A program made the position numbers and the translations under genes. A model generated the notes under the pieces. It was not told where the DNA came from and made no database searches. It saw only the letters and a list, made by a program, of their open reading frames with translations. Of a stretch of 64,000 bases of DNA, positions 62,253 to 64,000 are shown one piece after another (position 1 is the first letter of the stretch; each line of letters opens with the position of its first letter). Location of the stretch: NCBI GenBank assembly GCA_963726745.1, contig CAVSDR010000006.1:928001-992000 (forward strand), in the 5' to 3' direction. The stretch comes from an uncultured Verrucomicrobiae bacterium (GTDB taxonomy: Bacteria > Verrucomicrobiota > Verrucomicrobiia > Chthoniobacterales > UBA10450).

Positions 62253-64000
62253 GTGGTTCCGAAGAAAGCAGAAAAACCCTGCGTCACCGCGCCCGCGGAA
62301 CGCGGCTGCGTGGAGATTCGCGGAGCGCGGCAGAATAATCTCAAGGGGATCGATCTCGACCTGCCGCTGGGGGAATTAACCGTCATCACCGGCCCGAGCG
62401 GGAGCGGCAAATCCAGCCTCGCCTTCGACACCATCTACGCGGAAGGCCAGCGGCGTTACGTCGAGACCTTCTCGCCTTACATGCGGCAGTTCCTCGACCG
62501 GATGGACAAGCCGCGCGTCGACGAAATCCGCGGCATCCCGCCGGCGATCGCGATCGAGCAGGCGAATCCGGTGAAGTCGTCGCGCTCGACCGTCGGCACG
62601 ATGACCGAGATCAACGATTACCTGAAGCTCCTCTGGCCGCGCGTGGCGCACGCATTTTGTCCGAATTGCGCGCGCGAGATCCGGCCCGAGACCGCGCAGT
62701 CGATCGCCGCGGAAATCCTCCGCGACCACGCCGGCACCAATGTGCTGCTTACTTTCTGGGTCACGGTTCCGCCGAAGACTGAGCCGCGCGATTTCTTCCA
62801 ATTTATCCAGGCCCAGGGCTACCTGCGCGTCTGGCTGAACGGCGCGATCGTGCGCGCCGATACCGAGGAAAAAATCCCGCGGCTCGGCGGCCGGGTGCAG
62901 GTCATCCAGGACCGGATCAAGGTCAGCGACGAGAACCGCGCGCGCCTGACCGAGGCGCTCGAGACCGCGCTCCGCTTCGGCAAAGACCGGATCAACGTGA
63001 TCCCGGAAACCGAAGGCGGGAAGGCGGAGAGCCCGGCTGTGCCCTACTCCACCGGCTGGCATTGCGCGCATTGCGATCTCGACATCCGCCCGCCCACGCC
63101 CGGGCTTTTCAGTTTCAACAGCCCGTTAGGCGCCTGCCCGGAATGCCGCGGCTTCGGACGCACGATCGCGATCGATTACCAGCGCGCGATTCCCGATCGC
63201 TCGCTCTCGATCGCGCAGGGCGCGGTCCGGGTATTCCGCGGCGAAGAGATGGGCGAATCGCAGAAAGATTTGCTCCGGGCCTGCGCGCGGGAGGAGATCG
63301 ATCCGCATCTGCCCTTCGAGGAATTGCCGAAGGCCGACCAGGAGTTCGTGCTCAACGGCGAGCGCAAGAACGGCGAATACACCGAGGACGATTACGCGAG
63401 CGACCGCTGGTATGGAGTGAAGGGTTTCTTCAAGTGGCTCGAGAGCAAAACCTACAAGATGCACGTGCGCGTGCTTCTCAGTCGCTACCGCGCTTACACC
63501 ACCTGCCCGAGCTGCAACGGCGGCCGCTTCCAGCCGGAGGCGCTCAACTACCGCATCCTCACCGAAGCGTCGCCGGCGACGACCAACGGCTCCCAACGCC
63601 CGGCGCGACCGACGCAATTGACCCTCCCCGACCTGGCCGCGCTCCCGGTGCACCGCGCGCGCGCTTTGCTCGCGGAGCTGAAGTTGCCGCCTAACGACTC
63701 CACCGCCGCGATGCTCGCGCGCGAAGTCTCGACGCGGCTGAATTACCTTTGCGAAGTCGGCCTGGGCTACCTCACGCTCGACCGCTCCACGCGCACGCTC
63801 AGCGGCGGCGAAGTGCAACGGGTCAACCTCACCACCTGCCTCGGCGCCTCGCTCGTGAACACGCTTTTCGTGATGGACGAGCCGAGCGTCGGCCTGCATC
63901 CGCGCGATGTCAGCCGCCTCATCCGCGTGATGCACGACCTGCGCGACAAAGGGAACACGCTCCTCGTGGTCGAGCACGAGGAAGCGGTCATCCGCACCGC
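62253..64000 (+). CDS. uvrA: Excinuclease ABC subunit A, 5' part; runs off the window end
   Basis: Manual translation from GTG 62253: [44 protein letters not shown], zinc fingers (CPNC, CAHC, CPEC, CPSC), [22 protein letters not shown]. Confidence 0.95.
   Translation, partial: MVPKKAEKPCVTAPAERGCVEIRGARQNNLKGIDLDLPLGELTVITGPSGSGKSSLAFDTIYAEGQRRYVETFSPYMRQFLDRMDKPRVDEIRGIPPAIAIEQANPVKSSRSTVGTMTEINDYLKLLWPRVAHAFCPNCAREIRPETAQSIAAEILRDHAGTNVLLTFWVTVPPKTEPRDFFQFIQAQGYLRVWLNGAIVRADTEEKIPRLGGRVQVIQDRIKVSDENRARLTEALETALRFGKDRINVIPETEGGKAESPAVPYSTGWHCAHCDLDIRPPTPGLFSFNSPLGACPECRGFGRTIAIDYQRAIPDRSLSIAQGAVRVFRGEEMGESQKDLLRACAREEIDPHLPFEELPKADQEFVLNGERKNGEYTEDDYASDRWYGVKGFFKWLESKTYKMHVRVLLSRYRAYTTCPSCNGGRFQPEALNYRILTEASPATTNGSQRPARPTQLTLPDLAALPVHRARALLAELKLPPNDSTAAMLAREVSTRLNYLCEVGLGYLTLDRSTRTLSGGEVQRVNLTTCLGASLVNTLFVMDEPSVGLHPRDVSRLIRVMHDLRDKGNTLLVVEHEEAVIRT

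Overview
64-kb, GC-rich (roughly 65% by eye) bacterial chromosomal segment, mostly housekeeping genes. Gene content (RNase HIII, split coaC/coaB, cdaA next to folP, DUF1800/DUF1501 with the duplicated 'NLSTR..GDNVLIGGF' module, PUR-domain protein) fits Verrucomicrobiota, probably Chthoniobacterales; this is inference. Genes include dgt (partial), pdhABC, rpsT, a hybrid histidine kinase, HU, rnhC, mutY, trpB, yicC-gmk-coaC-coaB, suhB-ispF-cysS, tRNA-Ser(GGA), hemQ, gcvT/H, xseB-dxs, scpA, rodA, cdaA-folP, rnr, folB, rpoN with an NtrC-type activator, a cbiX-GAF-DR2241-amidohydrolase operon, mrdA, secG, mtnA, mazG, pckG and uvrA (partial). I saw no mobile elements or CRISPR arrays. Six small-indel frameshifts, including two in the essential cysS, look like read or assembly errors. 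The most striking signal is not a gene. Two non-palindromic CTAA-core words, GCCTAACGA (20 exact copies by hand count) and GYYGGCTAAW (21 copies), are scattered on both strands. They sit mostly inside genes, where they use rare synonymous codons or supply TAA stops, which resembles DNA-uptake-sequence or HIP1-type motifs. Other highlights: a missed 31-aa histone-H1-like gene with its own terminator, an ORF that reads in-sense through the whole tRNA-Ser gene, several sigma54-type promoters in front of small unknown genes, and apparently leaderless transcripts.
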